From NCBI GenBank assembly GCA_004022145.1, contig RCNU01000003.1: a DNA stretch of 64,000 nt; one strand, 5' to 3'. The notes under the pieces were generated by a model. That model made no database searches. It worked only from the letters and a program-made list of their open reading frames with translations, and was not told the origin of the DNA. Every line of letters begins with the position of its first letter. Position 1 is the stretch's first letter. The translations under genes were made by a program, and so were the position numbers. Positions 23,502-35,800 of the stretch are shown piece by piece. The stretch comes from Paecilomyces variotii (taxonomy: Eukaryota).

Positions 23502-24689
23502 ATGGCTAGTACGACAGGGGCTTCCAAGCCGTCATCTGCGATCCCTCACCACCCACCTTCACTCTCTCTGCCGCCGTCGCAATTCGCCAGACTCCAACCA
23601 CATGCTTATCTCCTCGCCCACTTGTCACCTCCTGCCTCGAGTAATCAGCCTTCGATACGTGCCAATGGCCGCGCACCATCTCAATTTCGCATCACGTCAG
23701 CGAACGCAGGGTCGTTGACGCACGCGAATGGTAGCGCCGTCGTCAGAGTCGGCGACACAGTTGCAGTTTGTGGGGTACGAGCAGAAATCCTGCACACTGA
23801 AGACATCGCCGCATGGGGAGTATCTGCATCGTCATCTGCAGTGAAAAAGAGAAAGACTGGAGATCCGACAGACGATGTGGATGAGGAGGATGACTCGCAG
23901 ATTCGAGACTTCGACTTACTTGTGCCCAACCTGTCCTTGAGCACAGGATGCGGACCAGGCTTTATACCAGGAGCCGCACCATCTACACTCGCACAGTCAT
24001 TGTCACACCAGCTCCTTTCACTCCTACACACATCTCGTCTTGTGCGTGCGGAAGACCTTCGCATCTGGTACGAGCAGCCGGACTTCCTCTCCTTGGACCG
24101 ACATAATGAGGAGGAGATGGAGACGGATGAGAAAAAGCATTCGGGGGCTTCAAAGAGAGAAATCAAAGCTTTCTGGGTTCTCTACATCGATGTGATGATT
24201 ATTTCGTTGGCCGGAAACCCCTTCGATGCCGCCTGGGCGGCTGTACTGGCTGCGCTGCGGGATACAAAGCTACCGAGGGCATGGTGGGATCTGGATAACG
24301 AGATTGTTGTCTGCTCGGATGAGCTATCTGAAGCGAGGAAATTGACATTGCGAGGAATTCCCGTGGCCAGCTCCTATTCCGTTTTCGAAGCGGATGCTGC
24401 GGCTGCATGGAGGGCCGTCGTTATCCCGGATGTTGACCAGGAGAAGGAGCAGGCAGAGAAAGTCGCTGGCCAGAGATGGATCCTTGCAGACCCTGACGCA
24501 TTCGAGGAAAACCTGTGCCAGGAGAGTGTGCGCGTTGTGGTAGATAAAGACAATGGAGGGAAGACTAAGATCGTGAAATTGGAGAAGAATGGCGGGCTAG
24601 CTGTGGATAAAGAGGAATTGAGGAAGCTCGTTGAGCTCTCTACACAGAGATGGGAACAGATCAAAAACATGTTGGAAGGGCTGAGGTAG
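23502..24689 (+). CDS. RRP43: Exosome complex RNase PH-like component Rrp43
   Basis: FARLQPHAYL, RANGRAPSQFR, GSAVVRVGDTVAVCGVRAE, WVLYIDVMIISLAGNPFDAAWAAVLAALRDTKLP. Confidence 0.88.
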   Translation: MASTTGASKPSSAIPHHPPSLSLPPSQFARLQPHAYLLAHLSPPASSNQPSIRANGRAPSQFRITSANAGSLTHANGSAVVRVGDTVAVCGVRAEILHTEDIAAWGVSASSSAVKKRKTGDPTDDVDEEDDSQIRDFDLLVPNLSLSTGCGPGFIPGAAPSTLAQSLSHQLLSLLHTSRLVRAEDLRIWYEQPDFLSLDRHNEEEMETDEKKHSGASKREIKAFWVLYIDVMIISLAGNPFDAAWAAVLAALRDTKLPRAWWDLDNEIVVCSDELSEARKLTLRGIPVASSYSVFEADAAAAWRAVVIPDVDQEKEQAEKVAGQRWILADPDAFEENLCQESVRVVVDKDNGGKTKIVKLEKNGGLAVDKEELRKLVELSTQRWEQIKNMLEGLR

Positions 24690-24912
24690 TCTCTGCCATT
24701 AGGTTTAAAGTCACTAAAGCATACATAATGATACCACTATCCGATATATCCTTTGCTCATAGAACACGAATGATACATCTACTAGTCCGCTAACCTGAAC
24801 TCCGGATTATGCAGTCTGTCATGATAACAACGGCTATCGTACTCATGACGTTTTACTACCGTTGAAAAGAAATGAGATTAAATAGAAGTAGTGTCAGTCT
24901 TCAAGATTCGAA

Positions 24913-26772
24913 TTATGATTGTTGTCCTCTGGGGCTCCGTCGAAGCCTCTTAGTCGGGGGTTCGCCATCACGCGGCACCACAGAGGTTGAACTGCGTTGG
25001 CCAGAATTGGTCTCTGATTCCAAATTTCCCTTCTGTCGAGACTTCTTTCTCCGGGGCAGAGAGATAGAGAACAGGATAAGTTCGTCAGATTTATCATCTT
25101 CATCACAATTCTTAGAGGATCTGCGCGTCTTTTCTGAAGACTCGCCCTCTGAGTGCTCGGTGCCTTGATCTGTGGCAGAAACGACATCTTTTGTTTCCGA
25201 CCTTGATCCGGTAGTATTCTCAGGCTCCTCAGATAAAGCTTTAATGTCACCGGAAAGCAGACGAGAAAACAAGCTTCCCTTGGGTGCTTTCGGCTTCTGC
25301 TCATTGGCCTCTTTATATTCACGTTTCTTGGCATCTTCTTCATCTTCCTCTTCAGCGTCGGAGAAATTCCACATGGGAGTGATCTCTCCTCTGAAGAAGG
25401 CGGTTCCCCATAGTGAGATAAGAACACCCGGAACAAGGTATAAAAGCGCCGGCTGAGCATGGTTTGCGTACTGCATGACAAGTAGTGTAGCAATCATACC
25501 AATTATGTAGCCAATCAGACTAGCATGGAAGTAGACCTTCGGGAATGACTGAGCATCATGGTAAGGGGGCTCCAGTTCGGCAGCTTGCGTAGACTTTCTC
25601 TGACGGGCCCAGAACCGTTCACCCCAACCTCCAGTCGCAGTTTGATATCTAGGCCTTATAAAGGTTGCTCCTTCACCTGCCTCTTTCGCGATCTGCAGAC
25701 CCTTCTTTCTGTAGTACAGAAAAAGATCGAAACGTAATGCCAGTCCGACCATCATACCGGGCACCACAATATCACCCAGACCCAGCATTGCCAACGAGAC
25801 GACATCTGGAGCAGCCCCTTCAGCTGGCGGGCGTGGGAATAGCAGTTTGATCGGAACATCAAGTTTAGTTGCGACAGTCACCATCAGAGGAGTGAAGAAA
25901 ACGAAATAAATATCGTAAAGGAACAGAGAGCCCAAGATCAGTGTTCCCGTCCAGAAAGTCGACGGAGACATGAATTGCAAAGCACCATAGCAGAAGCTAA
26001 ATCCCAGAAAGTTCGTAAGCCACCAGGGCTTTGTCACGAAAGCAAAGTAGCCAACGGCGCATAGTGCAGCAAAGCCGCTTAGAATGTCAAGTATCCCGAA
26101 ACGACATTTTATGTCTCCCACGCGGCGCACCCGTAATCGAAACTTAGCCTTCTGGTAAGCGATACCACGACAAGACCAGAGTATGTCTCTGGCCAATTTC
26201 GGCAGAGGCAGCGCCGACAGAAACCCTGGAAGAGGTGACTGTCGAACCTCGCCAGCACTGGTGAAAATGTGTTGCGATTGCTTGACTTTCCAGATCTTCC
26301 CAGCATACTTATATCGTGAGGGAAACAGAAATGATCTCACCACTAACAGGCTGTCTTTCAAGAAGGCAATGGCAAAGAATAGTCCCATCTGAGAGAAATA
26401 AAAGCTCAGGATCTTATTCAAGATCGCTGGGTCTTCAAGCCATTTGATGACGAGATATAGCCCTCCCAGTGTCAACCCTGCCATCAGAGGGAACATGAGT
26501 GCATCCGATGGCTCCAAGCCCTCCATTTTTTGAATGGGTCCTCCTCCCTCTTCCTCATTGTCTTCCTCGCTACTTGATTCATGTTCCTTCTTTCGAGATT
26601 TCGAAGGCTTCGCAGCTGATGACGGTCGTGACAGCGAGGCGTGAGAGCCGATGTATATGGGGAATAGGGCAGATATAAGAAGATGTCCGTATGTCGGGAG
26701 GAGGGGTTTGAGTATTTCGAACTGGTAAATCGCTTGCCCAAGGAACTCCGCGAGAGGACTGACGGCGGCCAT
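24913..26772 (-). CDS. sppA: Signal peptide peptidase (intramembrane GxGD aspartyl protease)
   Basis: Catalytic LFLYDIYFVFFTPLMVTVA and LGLGDIVVPG motifs, QPALLYLVP, multiple TM segments. Confidence 0.93.
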   Translation of the reverse strand: MAAVSPLAEFLGQAIYQFEILKPLLPTYGHLLISALFPIYIGSHASLSRPSSAAKPSKSRKKEHESSSEEDNEEEGGGPIQKMEGLEPSDALMFPLMAGLTLGGLYLVIKWLEDPAILNKILSFYFSQMGLFFAIAFLKDSLLVVRSFLFPSRYKYAGKIWKVKQSQHIFTSAGEVRQSPLPGFLSALPLPKLARDILWSCRGIAYQKAKFRLRVRRVGDIKCRFGILDILSGFAALCAVGYFAFVTKPWWLTNFLGFSFCYGALQFMSPSTFWTGTLILGSLFLYDIYFVFFTPLMVTVATKLDVPIKLLFPRPPAEGAAPDVVSLAMLGLGDIVVPGMMVGLALRFDLFLYYRKKGLQIAKEAGEGATFIRPRYQTATGGWGERFWARQRKSTQAAELEPPYHDAQSFPKVYFHASLIGYIIGMIATLLVMQYANHAQPALLYLVPGVLISLWGTAFFRGEITPMWNFSDAEEEDEEDAKKREYKEANEQKPKAPKGSLFSRLLSGDIKALSEEPENTTGSRSETKDVVSATDQGTEHSEGESSEKTRRSSKNCDEDDKSDELILFSISLPRRKKSRQKGNLESETNSGQRSSTSVVPRDGEPPTKRLRRSPRGQQS

Positions 26773-27635
26773 CGCGGGCTGTCAGGCCTTGCGGGGACAA
26801 AGCAACAGAGCAGTAAGGAATGACGATGCACAAGAAAGTAACGGCAGCTCTAACGTATGCGACTGATATTTTCTCCAGACTGTTCGCGTTGCGATTCAAG
26901 CCATGTTTTGCATATGGGTATAAGAAAGCTTAGCTCAAGCTCAGCTTTGGAGTTGCCTGCGGACAGAGATCTGGCCAGTCTCCAGCTTGTTTACCTAAGG
27001 CAGCAACCCTGTCGTCAATCGGCGCGCAAAACAGAGCTCCAAATGTTATTCGATAGAAAATAAAATAATATCTTGGCTGATCCATGTGCAGTATTCTCTA
27101 GTAGAGAATTTTTTTGGGTCTTATTGACCCAAATATTTACGTGCAAGCTTTGCTACTGCAGAAGTCTTCGTCATCTTCAGGCGCCGTATCGCAGAGCCAT
27201 GGTACTTTACTGGGCCCCTACATACTGGCAATTGTATCATTTTTCCTGCTTATATGCTAATCAGGCTTATGCGCTCTGGATATGGGTTGTGAGTTTTTTT
27301 TCGAAACTAGATAATGTGAAAATGTTGCTCATTTATGTATGTCGTACAAGGGAGAAGTCAACACTAGGTCTCAGAACAGATTAAATGATACTTGTAGACT
27401 CTGATTCGAATCTGAGTTCATCGGTCCTCAATGATAAATATTAGGACATGTAAAGTGCACATGAATGTTGTCACATTTATCTTGCTTCGGTGCTCTAATC
27501 GCTATACTGAAGACATGCCAAGACCCGACGACATTTCTCGCCGGTAGTGACTTGAGATTCTCAACGCTCTCTTCGATACCATATACGCACACGATCAAGA
27601 ATATCTCTTTCCACTACTTCTGAACACGACTAACC

Positions 27636-28232
27636 ATGGCGACCGATGTGGCCTTCGATACCTCTATGGTAAGGACTTCTGACTCGGTACCCCGCAGTTC
27701 ATGACTGACCGAGCGCAGGGTTCGTTCACCGTCGAACTCTACAATGAACATGCGCCAAAGGTTCGTACGCCATAGCACCTATGAAAGAGTATATGATCTG
27801 ATATTCTTGGTCTTGCAGACTTGCAAGAACTTTGCGACTCTCGCTCAGCGAGGCTACTACAACAACGTCATCTTCCATCGCATCATCCCGAACTTCATGG
27901 TACAGACTGGCGATCCCACTGGAACCGGTCGCGGAGGCAGCTCGATCTACGGCGAAAAGTTCGAGGACGAGATTCATACGGGATTGAAGCATACTGGGGC
28001 CGGGGTTCTGAGCATGGCGAACAGTGGTCCTAACACGAACGGCAGCCAGTTCTTCATCACACTCGCGCCCACGCCGTGGTTGGATGGCAAGCACACAATT
28101 TTTGGCAGAGTAAAGAGCGGCATGAGAGTGATACAGCGCATGGGTCTCGTCAAGACAAATGCGGAGGATAGGCCTATGGATGAAGTGAAGATCATCCGGG
28201 CTAGGGTCGTGGAGGAGGGTGCAGAGGAGTGA
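27636..28232 (+). CDS. cyp1: Cyclophilin-type peptidyl-prolyl isomerase PPIL1-like (introns 27669-27718, 27761-27818)
   Basis: Spliced [91 protein letters not shown]. Confidence 0.93.
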
Positions 28233-29212
28233 AGCAAGATATCACTTAGACGAGATCAGGATCTCGATTACTGGACCAGACCTGTCGCTCTTGTTTATAC
28301 TCAAAGATGCGAGGATTGGGGGCCTGAATGCTGTCTCTCATAAGAACGCAGAGCATGTCCGCCGGTAGCATGCGGCAGCCACATTCGCACGCCGACCAGA
28401 ACAAACTGCCGACGGTGCGATGAAGTTCTTGGGAATACCACTACGAAGCTCCATGGTTATTGGAGACTGTCACTATACAGCTGACAGCAGGCTGCTCAGC
28501 AGAATGTATCACCACAAACGAACCGCTCCCATCAAATGTTACCATCCAGAGCAGCAGATACAGGGTGACTAATATCCTCTACCACTCCCATTCAGCAAGA
28601 CCAGTGAAGGCTCGTTGATAGATAAGCATACTGCCGTGTGTGAATGGCAGGCTGCCTGCGCGAAGCGCCGGGAGTGGTGTGAGAAGGAAAACAATAATCG
28701 AGGATCATTATTTTCGCTGAAATCTTCATGTTCGGGGCTCGTACTAGCCTCTTTAGGTTTGGCGTACGCCTGCCCAGGGCCCCAATGTATATTTTACTGT
28801 GGCATGCATATAGCTGTTATGCCACCTAATCGCTCAGTGTGCGTTCAGTCATATATTGCGTAGTATATACAAGCGATGGAAAGGCATAGTGAATCCTCCA
28901 TCTATTCCCATAGACACCTGTAACTGCAGCTGGAGTCACTCGAAGGAATCTGTTGGAACCTCCCGTCGAGAAGCTATGGTCCGTCACGTGATCCACTAGC
29001 GCTTCGCGGCACCATTTATTCTGGTGTGCGCGCTTTGCGGTTCTTCTTTTTCTTCCTTCCTTTGTACCTGAACCTCCGTACAAATGTGTACAAGAGATCA
29101 AGAAGCGAATGCTGTTGCTCACACTCCATTAATGTGATGAAAATTTGAGTTTGCAGGACACAACTGTGACACTTCGAACGGCATTGCAAGCCACCTAAGT
29201 TATCAGGTCAGT

Positions 29213-31097
29213 ATGGAGTCGCTCACAGACACTCCATGGGACGTAACTATATCAGGAACTGGGCTGGCCCAGTCTCTCCTGGCTCTGTCAGTACCACCTT
29301 TCTCTATTCCACGCGTTATCCGATTACTAACATCATCCCTGCAGAGCTCTATCCCGGTCAGGTAAGAAGGTACTTCACGTGGATAAGAATCCATACTATG
29401 GAGGTGCGGAGACAGCGTTCAGTCTCCAAGAAGCCGAAGAATGGGTCGAAGAACTGAAACAAGGTGAGATGGCACCCACGGCGCACCGTCGCAATGTGCA
29501 CGTCTTTAGGGTGTGTTCCAGGCATTGCTGACGACGCCCATGGGCCAGAACCTGGCAGGGCGCCTTATGAGGATGTCTCAGTTCACTCCCCACCGGCCGC
29601 ACCTGATTCGCCTACTAAGTTGGCAAAATCTAGAGCTTATACACTTTCTCTGTCACCGCAGCTGATCTACTCTCGATCAAAACTGCTCCCAACCCTGGTG
29701 TCGTCCAAGGTCTACCGCCAGCTGGAGTTCCAGGCTGTGGGAAGTTGGTGGATATACCGATCTTCTGAGACATCTGTTCTAGACCGCGTGCCAAGTAGCC
29801 GCGAGGACGTATTCAGCGACGACAACATCTCCTTGAGGTCGAAGAGGTCGTTGATGAAGCTACTCCGTCATGTTACTCGAACTCCCCAGGATGAGGGTGT
29901 AGCGAACGAAACGGAGGATCTTGACTTACCTTTCGCAGATTACTTGACGTCTAGATTTAACATCCCTTCCGAGCTTCAGTATCCCCTCCTGTCCCTGTCG
30001 TTATCTCAGTCTGCTCCCCAGCAGGCTTCTGCCAGTTATGTCATTCCCCGGATACAAAGGCATCTCGCCTCTATTGGCGTCTTTGGCGCCGGTTTTGGCA
30101 GTGTTTTGGCAAAGTATGGCGGCGGTTCTGAGATTTCGCAGGTAGGCTGTCGTGCACTGGCAGTGGGCGGTGGGGTGTATGTTCTCAATAGAGGCATTCA
30201 ATATATCGAAGCTCCACAAGATGCAAAGGGAGATACTTCGCAACACAGTCGCCTACTAGTGAAATTAACTGACGGAGAGGAAGTCCGGAGTGCGTTTGTG
30301 GTCGGCTCTCGATGGGACCTTCCTGAAGCCGCTGATTCAGTGAGCTACCACAAGGTGGCCCGTTCTATAAACGTGGTCTCTTCCCCTCTTGAGGACCTCT
30401 TTCCACCGACATCGGACGGCGGGCCAATTCCCGCTGGTGCTGTCGTATTGATTCCAGGAAATGTCCTATCTAAGAGAGAAGATGCTCCTCCAGTCTACCT
30501 TATTGTCCACTCGAGTGAGACAGGCGAGTGTCCTGTTGGACAATGTAAGTATCTACCCCCGATCCTTTACTCATCCCGCATCGAACCCCATATTGCTCTT
30601 CAATGATGACTTCTCAAAACTTATCTACATTGCCTGAAGTGCATTGATGAAAATTCACACCTCTGACAGACTGATGAAGAGCATATCCCAACACCATTAT
30701 TTCCTACCTCCGCTTAATGATGAGCATTGCTAACTTGTGTTGCAATAAAGGTGTAATATACGGTAGTGTGTCCCTGCCAGGTGCAGAAGGACAGGAGATA
30801 CTTGATTCGGCAATTCAGAGACTTTTGCAGTCGGTGCGTAATGAAGCTGGCGCCAGCGTACTCTGGTCCTTGCGATTCACTCAGCTTGGACGGGCCGATG
30901 ATGGCTCAGCTGATCCCATTCCCTCCGCTGCCGGTAGGGTCATCCGCTTCCCACCACCGAGTCTAGACCTTGCATTTGATGATGCCACGATTGATGCGGT
31001 GCAGAAGGTGTGGAAGATGGTGCTGGGAGATGAAGCGCGTGACGAAAGCTTTATGCAGTTCGAAGACCGGGAAGGAGCCGGGGATGACGAGAAGTAG
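29213..31097 (+). CDS. MRS6: Rab escort protein / Rab geranylgeranyltransferase component A (4 exons; last intron 30545-30750)
   Basis: MESLTDTPWDVTISGTGLAQSLLAL|ALSRSGKKVLHVDKNPYYGG, RVPSSREDVF, KYGGGSEISQVGCRALAVGGGVYVL, HSSETGECP: GDI/REP family, REP-type. Confidence 0.9.
30594..30683 (+). ncRNA. Intronic box C/D snoRNA, snR62/U34-like, with a second guide
   Basis: 9-bp terminal stem TGCTCTTCA/TGAAGAGCA; box C ATGATGA 30603-30609; D' CTGA 30634-30637; C' TTGATGA 30644-30650; D CTGA 30671-30674. D' guide CTTATCTACATTG is antisense to LSU CAAUGUAGAUAAG, and D guide CACCTCTGACAG is antisense to SSU CUGUCAGAGGUG (rRNA sequences recalled from memory). Confidence 0.88.
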
Positions 31098-32773
31098 TCA
31101 CATCAGTAATGTAGAGAAGCTTTCTTGATATGTTTTCTTGACACGGTCGAATACATAGTAGTAGCCGCAGATGATAGAAATGAAGACGTGGTGGTCTACA
31201 CAGTCCCATGCCATGAATTTTTCTTCCTTAATGAGCTCCGAGTCCGCAAGAAGCAGCTAAGATCACATTTGCCAAGCATGCCAAGCAGATTCTGCGCCGT
31301 CCAAGCATCCATCCCTTGTCTCCCTGTCCCTACCGGGCAGTGAAAGATTATCGCCGCATAGTAGCGTTGAGGATGAAAATCAATCAATGACCAAATCAAG
31401 AGAAATCGATAGAATCCAGCCGTTTTACATTCCACGACCGGTCAGTCCCGTGCGTTTAATAATAAATCGGAGTTAAGCAAGGTCGATGCCTAGTGGATAA
31501 ATAGAGGGTCGGAATGTATACTATCAGATTCAAATGTACGGATGCATCCGGTGTAGGATTAAATTTCGGATCGAGCACCATCAAGCAGTAGCCTGATTGA
31601 TAGGAACGGCCCGAGAGCTGTCTTGGATAGGAACGTAATACCTAGTTTATCGAAAACAGTAGTTAGACTATTTGCTTTGTGTCTTGTTTGTTGATGTCTT
31701 GTTCCGGAGGTATGAACGGAGTAGATATAGTCGTACTATTGCGTAACTGCTCGTGTGTACATACAAGTAGATGTGGTCTAACGATAACTATGATTACAGC
31801 TTACTGACATAGAATTCCCTTTCTTTCTTTCTTTCCCGGATGCATTACTGGGATATCTACTAACTCGCCGCGTTATATATCTGAGCGTTTTGGTCTAGAC
31901 TCTATCCCGATACCTCGATCACGTCTATACCAACTAGATGTAACGTAACCATATAGACCGGTTCGAGCATGTGATATCCTACAGAGGAGAAGAGTATACA
32001 TATCCGAAACCAAATCCTGTAGATTTTGCACGTACAGAAATTCCTCTATTTCTATTTTAAAAAAATGTGTCCCGAACATAAAAAGTGTTCTAGAAGAAGA
32101 AGAAGCATTACGCAATGTAAGGCGGCGGCTGCTGCCAAACTTAAAATCACCAAGTCATCTTATGTGGCTGAGTCCGTGTAATTATAGAGTCAGCCCATGA
32201 ACAAATTGTACGAGTAGTTTCTTTTCCTTTCTTTCTTTCTTTTATTATTACTTTTTTTTTATTTTTAGCTATTCACATCCATGTATGCAATGCATCAATC
32301 TCTCGTGATCCGGAATGATTCTGTTTCGAATATCCATCTAGATTCGTCGAATTCAGATTCGTCTCATGTTTTGGGGGCTGGGTCGTAATCCGTAACCCGT
32401 CAGATACTTAGTTTAGCCCTCCATTTTGCCGTTTGTCTCTTCTCAAGTTCAGCTGCATGTTTGTTGACACATAGAAACAACCCATGGGTTCAATTACTAG
32501 ACATCTACGTTTCAGTTCCCCTCATCACGTCGAACGCTACGCAACACTACAGGACAGAGCACAGTGGACTGGAAAGTAAATATGCCTTGTAAAACCGGCC
32601 CGCAGTCGTCGTCGTCGTCGTCCAGGCGTTCAACTACTACAACCTTCCACGTATGGTATATCATCACGACGGCCCCGAGTACGCTATAGCTAATCAGCGA
32701 TGAGGATTGCTTGCCCTGGACTCGATTAATTCTAACCCGTAGAGTAAGATCGGGGTAAAACATGGATACAAAG

Positions 32774-32833
32774 TTTTCTTTTCTTTTCTTTTCTTTTCTT
32801 TTCTTTTCTTTTCTTTTCTTTTCTTTTCTTTTC

Positions 32834-32864
<31 letters not shown>
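32774..32864. repeat. (TTTTC)16 microsatellite followed by poly-T
   Basis: Directly visible perfect pentanucleotide run. Confidence 0.97.
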
Positions 32865-35800
32865 GGCCCGCACATGCATACGCACCACCTACTAATGTAG
32901 GAACAAACAAAAAAGCAACCTTGACGAGCAGGAGAAGAGAATCAATAATTGGCCATAGGTAGTAGCCCGACCGGACTATTCGAGTCCAGTTACATATGAA
33001 GTTCGCACCGAAATTTATTGAACCATGAACGCCACAACGTCGTACTCTTGAACTGCTACGTCGTAGATCGACCGAATCGGGAGGTGTCCATGCATCGAAT
33101 CTAAAAATCTGAAACGGCGTTTCATCAAAAGGAAAGTAGTTGATGTTAATTTGACAGGTAGATAGATGCCAAGGTTAGGTTAGGTAGGTAGGATTGGGGG
33201 TTTTGAATGGTCTTGGTGGATGCTGATTTGATCGTGTGATGTGCGGGGAAGAAGCAAAAGCTGAACTTGAAACGGCCGTGCGAAGAAGCGGCCGAGTAAG
33301 TAAGGAGGATGGACCTGTCATGTCGTTTGATTAAGAGGTCGCATGCTCATTATTAAATTCAGGTGTGTAGATAGTGACATCCCGTAATATGGTATGTACT
33401 CTTGTTGACTACCTAGTGTACACACAGTATAATTTGATGGCATTCGGAAGTTTGTATCGGGAAAATAAAGAAATTACAGGCTGGTTGTCTATCCCCGGCT
33501 ATACACTACTGTTGTTCGGCTTGGTTTAGTATCTACGCTTCCTTTTTAATTTTATTGCTACTTTGCTATTGTTACTACTACGTACACCGACGCGGCGTCC
33601 TTTTGCTGAATACCTACTTACGTAGTATGGATATCCGTAAGCCGCATTGTTGTGACATCTCTAGCATTCCAATGAAACGCCGCTGACGTGGGGGGGGGGA
33701 GAGGAGCTCGGGAAGTAAAGTAAAGTAAAGAAAGAAAAACAAATCGATCAATCCGCGCTGGACTTATGTTTTTTCGCTCTATGAGGCATTTCGTTTATGA
33801 TGATTATTCCTTGTTCTCCTTCGGTGTAATTAGTAACAGCACATTGTTAACTTACAATCCCTGTCGGATGACTCCATTGTACAGTAGTAAATTTAATAGT
33901 AACGCTAGGTATATCACGATAATGCCCGTAGAGTTTCTTACCAACTGTCAGAGTATCAGGATCTGCCCTTAAGACGGGTGATCATCCAGCTAAGCTATGA
34001 GTAAAGTAAAGTTAAGAAATAAAACAGGCTAGATACGTGAGTGTACAACGACCAAATAGAAAACAGCGCTCGAGTCTACTCTAATCGAGAAATAGATCGC
34101 CCATGTGCTTTCCTTTCTCAAGTTGCATATGAAGAAATAAATATACAGAGTAGGCAAGGATCAACTAGTATTACTCCTGTTGTGTCCGAGAAAGGGCTGT
34201 TCCCTGTCTGATAGTTCTCACAGATATCGTCTCTTATCTATCTGTTTTGGGCTGTGCTCCGGTTCCGGATGGTTGGGTTGGGTTTGGGGATTGTCGTTTC
34301 GGCCGCGGCCGGGGTACTTAGTACAGTACTAAGAAGGATGAGAACAACAATAATAATTCCTTGGAAAGAAACTCGAGATAGATAACATAGAACTCGACTC
34401 TATCTACGGAGTACGAGTAATAAAGTATGGGGGAAATCTTACTTTGTAGGGAGTAGTCTCCGTTCCTGTTTCTCCCGTGCGTTGTTAGTGAAAGTAGATC
34501 CTTTTAGGCCATGTCGTTGCTGCAGTTCTTTTCTGCGGTCGTGGTGGAGAGGTGATCTTCGAGGATGAACAAGAGTTACTATCTATCCGGATTATCTACC
34601 GGTTGGGTTGGAACTTGGGGCGAGGATTTTCCTCTCATTGTTCGGTTGTCACGCAGCATGATCATCGAAGCACGCACAGGAGCGATCTTGTCATCACATC
34701 CCTTACGTGGTCTGTATTTTTTTTTCTCTTTAGATACTCTAATCTCGAGTAACTAACTAACTACCTACTCTGGAGGCCGTGTTACTAGAAAGGACGGCTA
34801 CAGGGCTTGAATCTGCAGTTGGAACAGGAAATTGCCGCAATAATAATGGGGGTGGAACTTGTCAGCGGTCTGTCTAACTTGGCTGGGGGCAGTTATCTAT
34901 ACTTAGTTGAATACTGCCTTGCACTTTAAATCCCAGACGTTACAGACAACGCCACCCGGAAAGCATTATCGTAGCACGATCGACCACAATCGACTCTCGT
35001 TCTTTCACGAACTGCGGCATAATAGCTATTTGTTGTGTCACAGGTCAGGTTGATTGCATCACTCACCGCTTGACGATGATGGATGTAGAAGAACCGTTGC
35101 AGAGGTGCGCAGAGAAGCCATGGATCGATTGCAGGTTAGCGCACAGGGCTACCGCTCGCTTGTTTCTAACGGCCAACTCAAACGGAGGCTGGAGCCAGCG
35201 TATGGTATATACCAATAATGACGATGGCAGCAGTAGTATCTATGCTCTTTCCAGTCGATAACATGTCAAGCTTCGCGAAGGTCCTCGCCACAGGAACCGG
35301 ATGCGAACGAGGGATCGAGAATAAGCGAAACGTTTATAACGAACTACCAATGTCTCTCGTCTCGTCTAACTACTTAATGGCCCGGAAAGCTGGACGGGGA
35401 AAAAGAAACCACATGTACGGTCTTCCCCGATCCGATTGAGGGGATTGCCATCGGTTGGCCGGATTGGATCTTCAGATCGACATAGGGTGGCCCCATATTA
35501 TATCTCTTATGTTATACTAGGCCCTTAGGGTATTCTTTTTTTCCATTCCAATCGACGTCACGGCGAACAGTTGGGTCGAAAGAGGCATCGTGGGGTGGTT
35601 CTTTGGATTGTCTGGGTATAGTCTTACGGAGTCACGATGTGCGATTATTTCCCTGTTCAACAATGGACAAGTCCGACAGTGGAAGTAGTGCGGATGATGT
35701 TCAGGGGCAGAGTTCCACCCGCGAAGAAGAAGAAGAATGGACGATCATCGCGTTATCCACCGGACGGACGAAAAAGGTGTTGGTGTATTATTTATGTACT

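Noticed and set aside
32512-32962. ORFs with KKRKE / FFSFL repeats
   Set aside because: They are translations of the (TTTTC)16 microsatellite, not genes.
33172-33192. GGTTAGGTTAGGTAGGTAGG as an interstitial telomere
   Set aside because: Not TTAGGG units and too short.
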